Positions 1-9,096 of a DNA stretch of 64,000 bases are shown here, in pieces. Each line of letters starts with the position of its first letter. Positions within the stretch are counted from its first letter, which is position 1. The notes beneath the pieces are model-generated. The model had not been told where the DNA came from, searched no databases, and saw nothing but the letters and a program-made list of their open reading frames with translations. This stretch comes from Candidatus Limnocylindria bacterium (lineage in GTDB: Bacteria; Chloroflexota; Limnocylindria; P2-11E): assembly GCA_050692175.1 (NCBI GenBank), contig JBOGTG010000078.1:2088-66087 (forward strand), read 5' to 3'. The position numbers and the translations under genes were made by a program.

Positions 1-2
1 TC

Positions 3-650
3 CAGCGGTCGACCGATGGCATGACTGACGTCTACGTGGGGTCGCTTGAGCGCCGGGAGCTCGTACCCGCGGGCAATGTCGGGAATGCGTTCGCCGGTCC
101 CTGGCTCAGCGACGAAGAGGTGCTCATCGAGTCCGATGCGGGCCTGCTGGGTGTGCTGCGCGAGCCGGGAAAGCCGATCCGGAAGCTGGTGGACCGGTCC
201 GCCGCGTCAGCCTTCTTCGACGGAAGTCGCGTTCACTTCCTCGCGGGCTTGGTCACTCCGACCTTCAATACGACCGGGCTCTTCGTAACGAACCCGAGTA
301 TCTGGAGCGTCCTTCCCGACGGGAGCGACCTGCGGTCCGAAGTGCGCCTCGAGGTGATTGGAACTTTCCGGCTTGACGGTGTCTGGCCCGACGCGCGTTA
401 CCTCATGCACGTCGGGGTCGATCAGACCCAGTACCTCGTCGGCCCGCGCTCGACGAGCCTCGCCCCCTCAAGCCTTCTCCAGCGCGCCATCGTCAGCGCG
501 GATCGGACCATCGCCATCGGCTTCGGGGGGTCGCGTATCGTGCGAATCGACCTGACGCGCGGTCTCAATCCGGCCCAGAACGCTTTTGTCGTGCTCCTCG
601 ACGGCGTCGTCAGCGCGGATGCCTGGGTCCGCCGGAGCCCTGCTCCTTAG
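3..650 (+). CDS. hypothetical protein, 5'-partial (reading frame is open to the left window edge)
   Basis: ORF 21..650 has no in-frame stop between position 3 and 21. GC3 is high across the whole frame. No recognisable domain. Confidence 0.5.
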   Translation, partial: QRSTDGMTDVYVGSLERRELVPAGNVGNAFAGPWLSDEEVLIESDAGLLGVLREPGKPIRKLVDRSAASAFFDGSRVHFLAGLVTPTFNTTGLFVTNPSIWSVLPDGSDLRSEVRLEVIGTFRLDGVWPDARYLMHVGVDQTQYLVGPRSTSLAPSSLLQRAIVSADRTIAIGFGGSRIVRIDLTRGLNPAQNAFVVLLDGVVSADAWVRRSPAP

Positions 651-679
651 AGGACTCGCGCCGCGATACTGACCGCGCC

Positions 680-1564
680 ATGCAGGTGGGCGCGGTGTTC
701 CCTCAGCTCGAGATCGGGACCGATCCCGAGGTGATCGCGAAGTATGCCCGGACGGTCGAGGAGCTCGACTACGACCATCTCGTGATCTTCGACCACGTCC
801 TTGGTGCCGGCTCGAACAGGCCCGGGGGCTGGACCGGTGTGTACGACCACCGCTCGATGTTCCATGAACCGCTTGTGCTCTTCGGCTACCTGGCTGCGAT
901 CACGAGCCGGTTGAAGCTCGCAACCGCGGTAATCGTTCTGCCTCAAAGGCAAACAGCGCTCGTGGGGAAACAAGCCGCAGAGGTCGACGTTCTGTCGGGC
1001 GGGCGCCTAATTCTCGGTGTTGGTATCGGTTGGAATGAGGTGGAGTACGAGGCGCTCGGTATGAGCTTCACGAATCGCGGCAAGCGGATCGAGGAGCAGA
1101 TCGCTGTTCTACGCGCGCTGTGGACGCAAGATGTCGTCGACTTCAAAGGTCGATGGCATCGCATCGATCGCGCGGGAATCAATCCTCCACCGGTGCAGCG
1201 GCCAATTCCGATCTGGATGGGCGGCGGCTGGGATAGGCAGAAGCGGGCGATCGTCGAGCCCGCTCTGCGGCGTATCGCGAAGATCGCCGACGGCTGGTTC
1301 ACCCATCTCCCGCCGAACGAAGACGGTCGTGTGGGAATGGATGCGTTCCGTCGCCTGGTGCGGGAAGAAGGACGTGATCCTGCGAAGGTGCCCGTCGAAG
1401 GACGACTCCCCGCCGCACGGAGCGGCCCCGAAGAGTGGAAGCGGGGAATCGACGCGTTCCAGCAGATGGGAATGACGAGCGTCGAGCTCACCACGATGGG
1501 TGCCGGCTATCGGAGTGTGGATGAGCACCTGGACGCGCTGCAGCGATTCCAAAGACTGATCTGA
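680..1564 (+). CDS. LLM-class (luciferase-like) F420-dependent oxidoreductase
   Basis: 294 aa. N-terminus MQVGAVFPQLEIGTDP...YDHLVIFDHVLG and the GVGIGWNEVEYEALG block are typical of luciferase-like monooxygenase/F420 oxidoreductases. Confidence 0.85.
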   Translation: MQVGAVFPQLEIGTDPEVIAKYARTVEELDYDHLVIFDHVLGAGSNRPGGWTGVYDHRSMFHEPLVLFGYLAAITSRLKLATAVIVLPQRQTALVGKQAAEVDVLSGGRLILGVGIGWNEVEYEALGMSFTNRGKRIEEQIAVLRALWTQDVVDFKGRWHRIDRAGINPPPVQRPIPIWMGGGWDRQKRAIVEPALRRIAKIADGWFTHLPPNEDGRVGMDAFRRLVREEGRDPAKVPVEGRLPAARSGPEEWKRGIDAFQQMGMTSVELTTMGAGYRSVDEHLDALQRFQRLI

Positions 1565-1575
1565 CCGAGTCGTCC

Positions 1576-2025
1576 GTGGAGATAGAGCACCGTCGGCATA
1601 CGGGACCAACGGCGCCCGATCCCGGCGTGACCGAGGCTGCGCTGCGCCGCGAAGCTCGTGAGGTGTACGGGTGGTCGAACGGGCCGGGCGACACCTATGG
1701 CGAGCACGAACACGGCTACACCAAGGTCCTGTACTGCACGCAAGGCTCGATCGACTTCGTGCCCGCCGACGACAGACGTGTCTCACTGGGGCCAGGCGAC
1801 CGTCTCGTCCTTCCCCCGCGAACGCGCCACTCCGCCCTCGTCGGACCCGAGGGCTGCGCCTGCGTCGAGGGAAAGCTTCCGCCCGCCCTAAACTCATCGG
1901 GCTTCCATGCGACCACTCGCATCACGAATGTCGCGACTCGGGACGGAGACCGCCTTCGAGGTCCTCGCCAAGGCACGGGCCCTGGAAGCGAAGGGGCGCG
2001 ACATCGTTCATCTGGAGATCGGTGA
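1576..2025 (+). CDS. cupin domain protein
   Basis: GEHEHGYTKVLYCTQGSIDF...LVLPPRTRHSA matches the two cupin motifs. The 3' tail runs about 100 nt into the next gene. Confidence 0.7.
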   Translation: MEIEHRRHTGPTAPDPGVTEAALRREAREVYGWSNGPGDTYGEHEHGYTKVLYCTQGSIDFVPADDRRVSLGPGDRLVLPPRTRHSALVGPEGCACVEGKLPPALNSSGFHATTRITNVATRDGDRLRGPRQGTGPGSEGARHRSSGDR

Positions 2026-3094
2026 GCCAGACTTCGACACGCCACCGGCGATCGTTGCGGCCGGCGTCGCGGCGCTCGAACGCGGGGAGACCCATTACAC
2101 GCAATCGGCGGGCGTGATCGAGCTGCGCGAGGCGATCGCGCGCTATCTGAAAGAACATCGCGGCGTCCGCGCAGATCCAGGGCAGGTGATCGTGACCCCG
2201 GGCGCGAAACCGATCATGTTCTACGCCCTCCTTGCCCTGCTCGAAGAGGGCAACGAGGCCATTTATCCGGATCCCGGCTTCCCGATCTACTCGTCGATGA
2301 TCGATTTCGCGGGGGCGCGCGGCCTGCCCTTGGCGCTCCGCGAGGAGAACGGCTTCCAGCCGGATCTGGACGAGCTCCGGAGGCTCGTGAACCCGCGGAC
2401 GAAAGTCATCGTGCTCAACAGTCCCAACAACCCGACCGGTGGCGTGCTGTCACGCGATGCGATCCGCGACATCGCAGCAATCGCGCGCGAGCGGGACCTC
2501 TGGATTCTCGCGGACGAGATCTACGCCGAGCTCGTGTACGAGGGCCAGCACCGCTCGATCGCGGTCGAGGAGGGCATGGCCGAGCGCACGATCTTGCTCG
2601 ATGGCTTCAGCAAGACGTTCGCGATGACCGGCTGGCGCCTCGGCTACGGCGTGTTTCCACGGCCACTCGTCGAGCCGGTCACGAAGCTCGTCACGAACTC
2701 GGTGTCCTGCACAGCTACGTTCGTGCAGCGGGCCGGCACGGTGGCCCTTTCTTCACGCCCGCCGGAGGTCGATCGGATGATCGCGGAGTTCCGGCGCCGG
2801 CGAGACGCGGTCGTGAAGGGACTGAACGCGGTGCCTGGAGTCACCTGCCGCACACCGCAGGGCGCCTTCTATGTGTTCCCCAACGTGCGAGGTCTCGGTC
2901 TGAGCTCGAGCAACGAGGTCGCCGACCGCCTACTCAACGAGGCGGGTGTGGCAACGCTCGCCGGGACTTGTTTTGGCGCGGCGGGCGAGGGCTTTTTGAG
3001 GCTCTCGTACGCCAACTCCCTCGCGAATCTCGAAAAGGCGGTCTCCCGCATCGCCGACTGGTCATCGCGCGTCGCGCCCGTACCTACCGGATAG
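1907..3094 (+). CDS. pyridoxal-phosphate-dependent aminotransferase, class I (aspartate aminotransferase-like)
   Basis: Contains GEPDFDTPP, NSPNNPTG and the PLP-lysine block FSKTFAMTGWRLGY. 395 aa. An alternative ATG lies at 1928. Confidence 0.9.
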   Translation: MRPLASRMSRLGTETAFEVLAKARALEAKGRDIVHLEIGEPDFDTPPAIVAAGVAALERGETHYTQSAGVIELREAIARYLKEHRGVRADPGQVIVTPGAKPIMFYALLALLEEGNEAIYPDPGFPIYSSMIDFAGARGLPLALREENGFQPDLDELRRLVNPRTKVIVLNSPNNPTGGVLSRDAIRDIAAIARERDLWILADEIYAELVYEGQHRSIAVEEGMAERTILLDGFSKTFAMTGWRLGYGVFPRPLVEPVTKLVTNSVSCTATFVQRAGTVALSSRPPEVDRMIAEFRRRRDAVVKGLNAVPGVTCRTPQGAFYVFPNVRGLGLSSSNEVADRLLNEAGVATLAGTCFGAAGEGFLRLSYANSLANLEKAVSRIADWSSRVAPVPTG

Positions 3095-3307
3095 GAAGGC
3101 TCGCCAGGAGGCCTGCGTGTCCGCTCGCTGACGGCCGGTGACGCTTGCGTTGACGTTCGTTCGCGATTCGGACTGTGTTGTCGGAGCGACCATCGCTCGT
3201 TACAAGTTCGAGCGTCGGCTCGGGACGAGAACGTTACGCGGCTGCATCCCGGTGGAGCGACCCCTGCTTTGCCAGCCGCCATCTCGAAAACAGGGTGGAG
3301 GCAAACA

Positions 3308-4063
3308 ATGCGCAAGGCACTCCGACATTTCGCGATCCTGTTCAGCATCGCCTCGCTGTTCTTGGCGACGGCCGGTGCGACTCCTGCATGGGCTGATCCC
3401 CCGGGCAACAACGGCACGGTGAAGATCCACGAAGGCGCGACTGAGAACGAACCGATCAGAGCCAATGAGCCACATGTCTGCACGTTCCACGTCCATGGTT
3501 TTAACTTCGACGGCAGCGCGAGGGGAACGTGGCGCATCGAGGGTTGGCCGCCGACAGGCGGCGGCACCTACAACGGAACCTGGGGTCCCGCTGATGGCAA
3601 TGGCGATTGGCGCTCTCCGCAAACAGGCGCGATGTCGCTTCCGGAGGGGCACTACAAGCTTTTCGTCTCGCAGACGATGCCAAATGATCCGCCGGGTGGC
3701 GCGAAACACAAGGTCTTCTGGGTGGAATGCGGTAACTCGTCCGGCACGACGACCGGCAACAGCAACGGAAACAGCAACGGCAACTCAAATGGCAACAGCA
3801 ACGGCAACTCGAACGGGAACTCGAACGGCAACAGCAATGGAGTTTTGACCGGCGTGAGCACCGGTGTTTCGACCGGCGTCACCACAGGAGTCTCGAGCGG
3901 AGGGTCCGCCGTCGCGAGCGTTCAAACCGCGCCGAACCAACTCGCCGGAGTTCAGAACCTTCCCTCCACGAGCACCGATCCATTGATCCCACTTGGCGGG
4001 CTCGGTCTCATCCTGATGGCGCTCGGCGTCGCGCTTCTCAGTCGCCGTCCGGCGCGCCTCTAG
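3308..4063 (+). CDS. secreted repeat protein with C-terminal LPXTG-like sorting signal
   Basis: ATG 3308 is preceded by the SD GGTGGAGG. Signal peptide MRKALRHFAILFSIASLFLATAGATPAWA. Contains GNSN x7 and TGVS x4 repeats. The C-terminus has LPSTS, a hydrophobic helix and the tail RRPARL. Confidence 0.75.
   Translation: MRKALRHFAILFSIASLFLATAGATPAWADPPGNNGTVKIHEGATENEPIRANEPHVCTFHVHGFNFDGSARGTWRIEGWPPTGGGTYNGTWGPADGNGDWRSPQTGAMSLPEGHYKLFVSQTMPNDPPGGAKHKVFWVECGNSSGTTTGNSNGNSNGNSNGNSNGNSNGNSNGNSNGVLTGVSTGVSTGVTTGVSSGGSAVASVQTAPNQLAGVQNLPSTSTDPLIPLGGLGLILMALGVALLSRRPARL
3755..3838 (+). repeat. 12-nt tandem repeat x7 encoding (Gly-Asn-Ser-Asn)7
   Basis: Copies are ggcaacagcaac, ggaaacagcaac, ggcaactcaaat, ggcaacagcaac, ggcaactcgaac, gggaactcgaac, ggcaacagcaat. 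They differ only at synonymous sites, including AGC versus TCR serine codons. Confidence 0.95.
3848..3895 (+). repeat. 12-nt tandem repeat x4 encoding (Thr-Gly-Val-Ser/Thr)4
   Basis: Copies are accggcgtgagc, accggtgtttcg, accggcgtcacc, acaggagtctcg, directly after the GNSN array. Confidence 0.9.
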
Positions 4064-4098
4064 ATAGACCAGCCGATACAACCGCTGTCGTAGCTGCA

Positions 4099-4125
4099 GG
4101 AGCCCCCCGAACAACGGGGGGCTCC
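4099..4125 (+). terminator. GC-rich hairpin downstream of the repeat-protein gene (putative terminator)
   Basis: GGAGCCCCCC gaacaac GGGGGGCTCC is a perfect 10-bp stem with a 7-nt loop, 36 nt after the stop at 4063. There is no clear U-tract. Confidence 0.5.
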
Positions 4126-4311
4126 CTCTTGGGCACACTGACGTTTGAGCGACGAAAGGTGGCGTTCTGGCTCGGCGACACCGACCTGGCGCCCTCGGCG
4201 GTGTTCCGAATCGCGTTCGGTGTCTCACGTTCAACTGGTTCTGGCAGCCAGCGGTTCTTTCAATTCGCATCGCTGCGACCGGACAGCTGTGGGGTGCGCG
4301 ACACTTAGCGC

Positions 4312-7300
4312 ATGACAGAGCCGGTGCGGACCGAGCAGCAGGAACGCCGTCTCGTGACGGTCCTCTTCGCCGACTTCGTCGGATTCACGTCACTCGCGGA
4401 GGGCCTCGATCCGGAAGAGCTCCAGATGCTCGTCTCCGGGATTTTCGAAGATCTTGCGGAAGAGGCACTTCGGTATGACGGCACGATCGAGAAATTCATC
4501 GGCGACGCGATCTTCGTGATCTTCGGAGCGCCAATCGCGCACGAGGACGATCCGCAACGAGCGCTCCGATGCGCGATCGGAATGCAAAAGCTCTTCGCCG
4601 AGCACTCGGCGCGGGTGAAGGCGCAGCTCGGCATCGAGCTCGGCCTGCGCATCGGCATCCACACCGGGATGGTCGTCGCGGGAGCGGTGCGAGCTCCGGC
4701 GGAATACGGCGTCATGGGCGACACGGTGAACACCGCGTCACGGCTGCAGCAAGCTGCGGCACCGGGCGAGATCTATGTCACCCAGGCGACGTTCCGGATG
4801 ACGAACCGCGAGTTTAGCTTCCGCGAGGTTGGGCCGATCGACATGAAAGGCAAGGACCGGCCGATCCTGGCCTATGCGCTTACGGGCGAGCGCACTACGC
4901 CGAGAACCTCGATCGACATCCAGGCGCCGCTCGTCGGCCGATGGATGGAGCTCTCTCGCCTCGACCTCGCCTTCCAGTCCGCGCGTGTCGGCCGCACCGA
5001 GGTCGTGCTCATCGCCGGCGAGCCGGGCATCGGCAAGAGCCGTCTCCTCACCGAGTTCATCGGCCTCGCAACGTCGGCAGAGGACGGCGTCCGCAGCGAC
5101 GCCCCGCGGGTCCTCCGCTGGACCTTCTCGCGCGTGAACCAGCGCAGCTACGCGGGGTTCATCGAGCCGATGCTCGTCGAGCTGCGGATCGATCCCAACG
5201 ATCAGGACGCAGCGACGAAGCTTCCGGCGAAGCTGCGCGAGCTCGGTTTCGCGAGCCCCGAGCTGGTCATCCCGACCCTTTCGCAGTTCTTCCACCTCCC
5301 GGGAGCCATCGAGCCGCCGAGCGACTCCGAGGAGTGGAAACGCTCAATGTTCATCAGCGTCTACGACGTCATCGCATCGCTGGCGCGCGAGCGCCCGCTC
5401 ATCTATGTCCTGGAAGACCTGCACTTCGCCGATTCGGCCTCGATCGAGCTTCTCTGGTTCGTCGCCTCGCGTGCCTCGCGGGTGCCGATCCTCCTGCTCC
5501 TGGCCCAGCGCGCCGGTCCGGGATCGCCCGAGCCGCGGCCCGTGCGCACGAACTTCAGCCAGCTCGTTCTGGAGCCCCTTTCGGACGAGGAGGCCGCGCG
5601 CATCATCGATGCGACGTTCGACTGGATGCCCGACGAGCTACGGGACAAGATCGTTGCGCGCGCGGGCGGCAACCCGTTCTTCATCGAGGAGTCCATCCGC
5701 TCGCTCGTGGATTCGGGTGCGGTGGCCAAGGACGACAAGGGCGAATGGCAGCTGCGCGAGCGGCCCGCGGCGCTCGAGGTCCCGGCAACGCTGCACGGAG
5801 TCGTCGCTGCACGCATCGACCGGCTGCCGCCGAGCGCGAAGGAAACGATCCAGCTCGCCTCGGTGATCGGGCAACGCTTCGGCGACCGCGTCCTACGTGA
5901 GGCAGGAGGCCCGCGGATCGCGGATTCCGTCGACGAGCTCATCGCGGCGGATCTCGTCCTCGAGGCCGCACCGGGCGAGCGGCGCGAGGGCCGGTACCGC
6001 TTCAAGCACGCGGTCGTGCAGGAGGTCGCGTACAACACCCTGCTCGTCCGTCGGCGGATCGAGCTCCATCGCCGCGTCGCGGTGGCTTACGAGACGGTGC
6101 TCGGCGAGGGCGTGAAGGATTTTCTGCCGGCACTCGCCCACCACTACCTGCTTGGCGATGTCCCGGAGAAGGCCGCCGAGTACTCCTGGAGAGCGGCCGA
6201 GCAAGCCACTGCGATACACGCGCACGTGGAGGCGCTCCGGCTGGCGGAGCAGGCCCTCGAGGTCTACGAGAAGCTCGACCGGTTCACGGATGCGATCAAA
6301 GCGCTGTACCTGATCGCGCGCGTACGCCGATACCGTGGGGAGAACGACGCTGCCCTCTCGGCCTACGAGCGGGCGCTCGCGATGCTCGAGGAACGCGACC
6401 CCAAGAACCCTGAGGTCGGGAACGTCATTGCGCACATGGCGGAACTGTGCACTCGCTGGGATGCGAAGTATTCCGATCTCGAGGGCCTCGTCGCGCGCGG
6501 CCTCGCGATCGTGGACGGCAAGCGAAACCGCGAGAAGGTCCTGCTCCTGGCGGCGAAAGCGTTCATGTCGCGGAAGCGTCCCAAACCGACCGATGCTGAC
6601 TGGGAAGAGTCCCTCGCCACGGCGAAGGAAGCTCTCGCGATCGCCGAGGAGCTCGGGCTTCTCCGCGAGGTGTCCCTCTGCCTGGACGCGGTCGGGTACG
6701 CCTACGGGGAGCTCGGCAACTTCCGCGAGTCGTACGCCCACAACCAACGCCGGCTGCCGATCGCGAAATCGCTCCAGGACAGCGACGAGCTCATCGACGC
6801 GCACAACATGATCGCGATCGCGTCGCTCGTCCTCGGTGACTTCAATGAGGGGATCGAGCACGCGACGGCCGGTCGTGACCTCGCCGTCGAAACGGAAAAG
6901 CCACGCCTGGGCGCGGTGTCCCTCCAGTACGAGGCCCTCGCGCGCCTCTTGGCGGGTGACTTCGCCGGGGTGCTCGCCAGCGCGGCGCGACGGGCTCAAT
7001 TCCTTCCGACCGGGAAGGGTCACGCGACCCTCGCCGTGGCGGCCGCGGCGGCGGCGGCCATGGGCTCGCCGGAAGAGAAAACGTTCCGTGAGCAGCTCGT
7101 CGAAGCGGAAGCGAGCCCGATCGACATCGCCTCCTGCGACTTTGCGTCCGCGTACTACGGGATGCGCGAGAGCGAGTCGAGCTATCACGCGATACGGAGC
7201 GCCGGCTATCCGAAGGGTCTCGTGGGTCAGGCACTGATCGGACCGCTCGCGGTCCTCGCCGCTGCGCGCTGGCGGATCGAGGATCAGCCTTTCTTCGAGC

Positions 7301-7614
7301 GCATCGAGGCGGTGGTCGAACGGACCGGCCACGGTCGAGGGCGCGCGCTCCTCACGCACGCGGAGGGGATCCGCGCGATGCAGCGCGGCGAGCTGGCGAG
7401 GGCAGAGAAGCTGATCTTCGATGCGGTGCAGGCGTTCGCGACCCTGCGACTCGACTACGAACGCGCGGTCGCGCTCGCCGATCACGCGCGGGTCCTCGCC
7501 GCCCTCGGCCGGAGGGATCATCGCCAGGAGCTCGATGAAGCCCGCACGATCGCCGAGCGCCTCGGGGCCACAGCATTGCGCACTGCGTTGGAGCAGGTCG
7601 CCGTCCCGAGCTAA
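4312..7614 (+). CDS. class III adenylate/guanylate cyclase domain fused to an AAA/STAND NTPase and TPR-like repeats
   Basis: The N-terminus has VTVLFADFVGFTSL and KFIGDAIFVIFGAP (cyclase metal-binding Asp residues). Walker A is GEPGIGKSRL. A long helical repeat region forms the C-terminus. 1100 aa. Confidence 0.9.
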   Translation: MTEPVRTEQQERRLVTVLFADFVGFTSLAEGLDPEELQMLVSGIFEDLAEEALRYDGTIEKFIGDAIFVIFGAPIAHEDDPQRALRCAIGMQKLFAEHSARVKAQLGIELGLRIGIHTGMVVAGAVRAPAEYGVMGDTVNTASRLQQAAAPGEIYVTQATFRMTNREFSFREVGPIDMKGKDRPILAYALTGERTTPRTSIDIQAPLVGRWMELSRLDLAFQSARVGRTEVVLIAGEPGIGKSRLLTEFIGLATSAEDGVRSDAPRVLRWTFSRVNQRSYAGFIEPMLVELRIDPNDQDAATKLPAKLRELGFASPELVIPTLSQFFHLPGAIEPPSDSEEWKRSMFISVYDVIASLARERPLIYVLEDLHFADSASIELLWFVASRASRVPILLLLAQRAGPGSPEPRPVRTNFSQLVLEPLSDEEAARIIDATFDWMPDELRDKIVARAGGNPFFIEESIRSLVDSGAVAKDDKGEWQLRERPAALEVPATLHGVVAARIDRLPPSAKETIQLASVIGQRFGDRVLREAGGPRIADSVDELIAADLVLEAAPGERREGRYRFKHAVVQEVAYNTLLVRRRIELHRRVAVAYETVLGEGVKDFLPALAHHYLLGDVPEKAAEYSWRAAEQATAIHAHVEALRLAEQALEVYEKLDRFTDAIKALYLIARVRRYRGENDAALSAYERALAMLEERDPKNPEVGNVIAHMAELCTRWDAKYSDLEGLVARGLAIVDGKRNREKVLLLAAKAFMSRKRPKPTDADWEESLATAKEALAIAEELGLLREVSLCLDAVGYAYGELGNFRESYAHNQRRLPIAKSLQDSDELIDAHNMIAIASLVLGDFNEGIEHATAGRDLAVETEKPRLGAVSLQYEALARLLAGDFAGVLASAARRAQFLPTGKGHATLAVAAAAAAAMGSPEEKTFREQLVEAEASPIDIASCDFASAYYGMRESESSYHAIRSAGYPKGLVGQALIGPLAVLAAARWRIEDQPFFERIEAVVERTGHGRGRALLTHAEGIRAMQRGELARAEKLIFDAVQAFATLRLDYERAVALADHARVLAALGRRDHRQELDEARTIAERLGATALRTALEQVAVPS

Positions 7615-7673
7615 GCGGCGAAGCGCGGCGCGCTGGGCACGACCCGGCCCGGGACAGGACCCGCGCCGCTTCT
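7614..7673. terminator. long-range inverted repeat between convergent genes (possible bidirectional terminator)
   Basis: GAAGCGCGGCGCG (7620-7632) pairs with CGCGCCGCTTC (7662-7672) with one bulge. It lies between the stops at 7612-7614 and 7672-7674. Confidence 0.3.
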
Positions 7674-9096
7674 AATGCCGCAGTGCTCCGCGAAGCGCGC
7701 TCCGGGCGGCGTGGTATCCGCACATCCCGTGGACTCCCCCGCCCGGAGGCGTCGACGAAGAGCACAAGTACACGTCTCGCGCAGAAGTGGCGTACGGATC
7801 CAATCGGAAGAAGGGGCGCGTCATGAACTGGAAGAGGGTGTTCGCGCCCCCGCCGATATCGCCGCCGACGTAGTTCTCGTTGTGGCGATGGACCTCCGCC
7901 GGGCCCATGACCGAACGCGCGAGCACACGATCGCGGAATCCCGGCGCGAAGCGCTCGATCTGCGCCTCCATGCGCTCGGTCATGTCGAAGGTCGAGCCGT
8001 TCGGGACATGGCAGTACGCCCACACGGTGTGCTTTCCGGCAGGCGCCCGCGTCGGATCGAAGAGGCTCTGCTGCCCGACAAGGATGAAGGGACGGTCCGC
8101 GGGTGTGCCGCGCGCGACCTGCGCCTCACTCTCGGCGATCTCGTCGAGCGTGCCCCCGAGATGCACCGTCCCGGCGCGGAGGCAGTCCTTCGCGCGCCAG
8201 GGGATCGGACCGTCGATCGCGTAATCGAGCTTGAAGACGCCGGGCCCGTAGCGGAAGGAGCGAAGCTGCGAGCGATACCGCTCGGAAAAACGCGGGCCTG
8301 CCATCCACTCCAGCTGCCGCGGCGTCACGTCGCAGAGATAGGCGCGCGCGCTCCCGAGCTCGTCGAGGTTGCCCACGCGCCGGCCTGTATCGATCGTGCC
8401 ACCGAGAGACCGCAAGCGGGAGGCGAGAGCGTCGGCGATGCGCTGCGTTCCGCCGCGCGGGAATGGCCAGTTCGCCACGTGCGTAACCACCGCGAACATC
8501 AAGGCGAACGACGCGGTGAGCGGAGCGTCGAGCGGCAACACCGAGTGCGCGGCCAGACCGCCGAAGAGAGCGCGCGCGCGCACTCCGCTGAAAGCGATGC
8601 GCGCGAGGAGGCGCGCCGGAAGCACGCCCGGCAGTCCGAGCCGCGCCAGGACCAAGGGGTGGCGCGGTACGCGGATGAGCGGTCTGAGCGCGTCCGCCGC
8701 GAGGTGGTCCCACTCGGGTACGAGCGGCGCGACAAGTCGTCGGTACGCCTGCGCGTCAGAGCCGAGGTTCGCGGCCGTCGCATCGATCGAGCGCTCGAGG
8801 AGGACCGCGGTCCCGTCATCGAGCGGATGCGCGAGCGCCGCGGGTGGCTCTATCCACTCGAGTCCCTCGCGGGAGAGGTCGAGCTCGCGGAAGAACGGCG
8901 ACGCAGCGCCGAGCGGATGGAACGCGGAGCAGAGATCGTGCACGAATCCGGGAAGCGTCAGCTGGGCCGAGCGGCAGCCCCCGCCGATCGTGTCGTTCGC
9001 TTCATAGACGACGACCGAGCGCCCGTTGCGGGCGAGCTCGGTAGCGGCGGAGAGCCCGTTCGGGCCCGCGCCGACGACGATCGCGTCCGCGCTCAA
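7672..9096 (-). CDS. phytoene desaturase family (CrtI-like) NAD(P)/FAD-dependent oxidoreductase
   Basis: N-terminal dinucleotide fold AIVVGAGPNGLSAATELAR...VYEANDTIGGG. 474 aa. The TTG start overlaps the upstream stop (TTGA). Confidence 0.85.
   Translation of the reverse strand: MSADAIVVGAGPNGLSAATELARNGRSVVVYEANDTIGGGCRSAQLTLPGFVHDLCSAFHPLGAASPFFRELDLSREGLEWIEPPAALAHPLDDGTAVLLERSIDATAANLGSDAQAYRRLVAPLVPEWDHLAADALRPLIRVPRHPLVLARLGLPGVLPARLLARIAFSGVRARALFGGLAAHSVLPLDAPLTASFALMFAVVTHVANWPFPRGGTQRIADALASRLRSLGGTIDTGRRVGNLDELGSARAYLCDVTPRQLEWMAGPRFSERYRSQLRSFRYGPGVFKLDYAIDGPIPWRAKDCLRAGTVHLGGTLDEIAESEAQVARGTPADRPFILVGQQSLFDPTRAPAGKHTVWAYCHVPNGSTFDMTERMEAQIERFAPGFRDRVLARSVMGPAEVHRHNENYVGGDIGGGANTLFQFMTRPFFRLDPYATSARDVYLCSSSTPPGGGVHGMCGYHAARSALRGALRH

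Noticed and set aside
3755-3895. Short regularly spaced repeats that could be mistaken for a CRISPR-like or minisatellite array.
   Set aside because: The period is 12 nt with no spacers. The repeats are entirely in frame within a secreted-protein CDS and encode GNSN and TGVS peptide repeats.
5893-7521. 542-aa ORF antisense to the cyclase-STAND gene. Similar long antisense or out-of-frame ORFs occur at 7675-9390, 15858-17378, 18323-20125, 37943-39736, 40851-43418, 44771-46141, 50756-52072, 56856-58328, 60582-61607 and 61943-63664.
   Set aside because: These are shadow ORFs typical of high-GC DNA. Their translations are Arg/Ala/Pro/Gly-rich low-complexity sequence with no motifs. The opposite or alternative frame carries clear family signatures and the GC3 bias.
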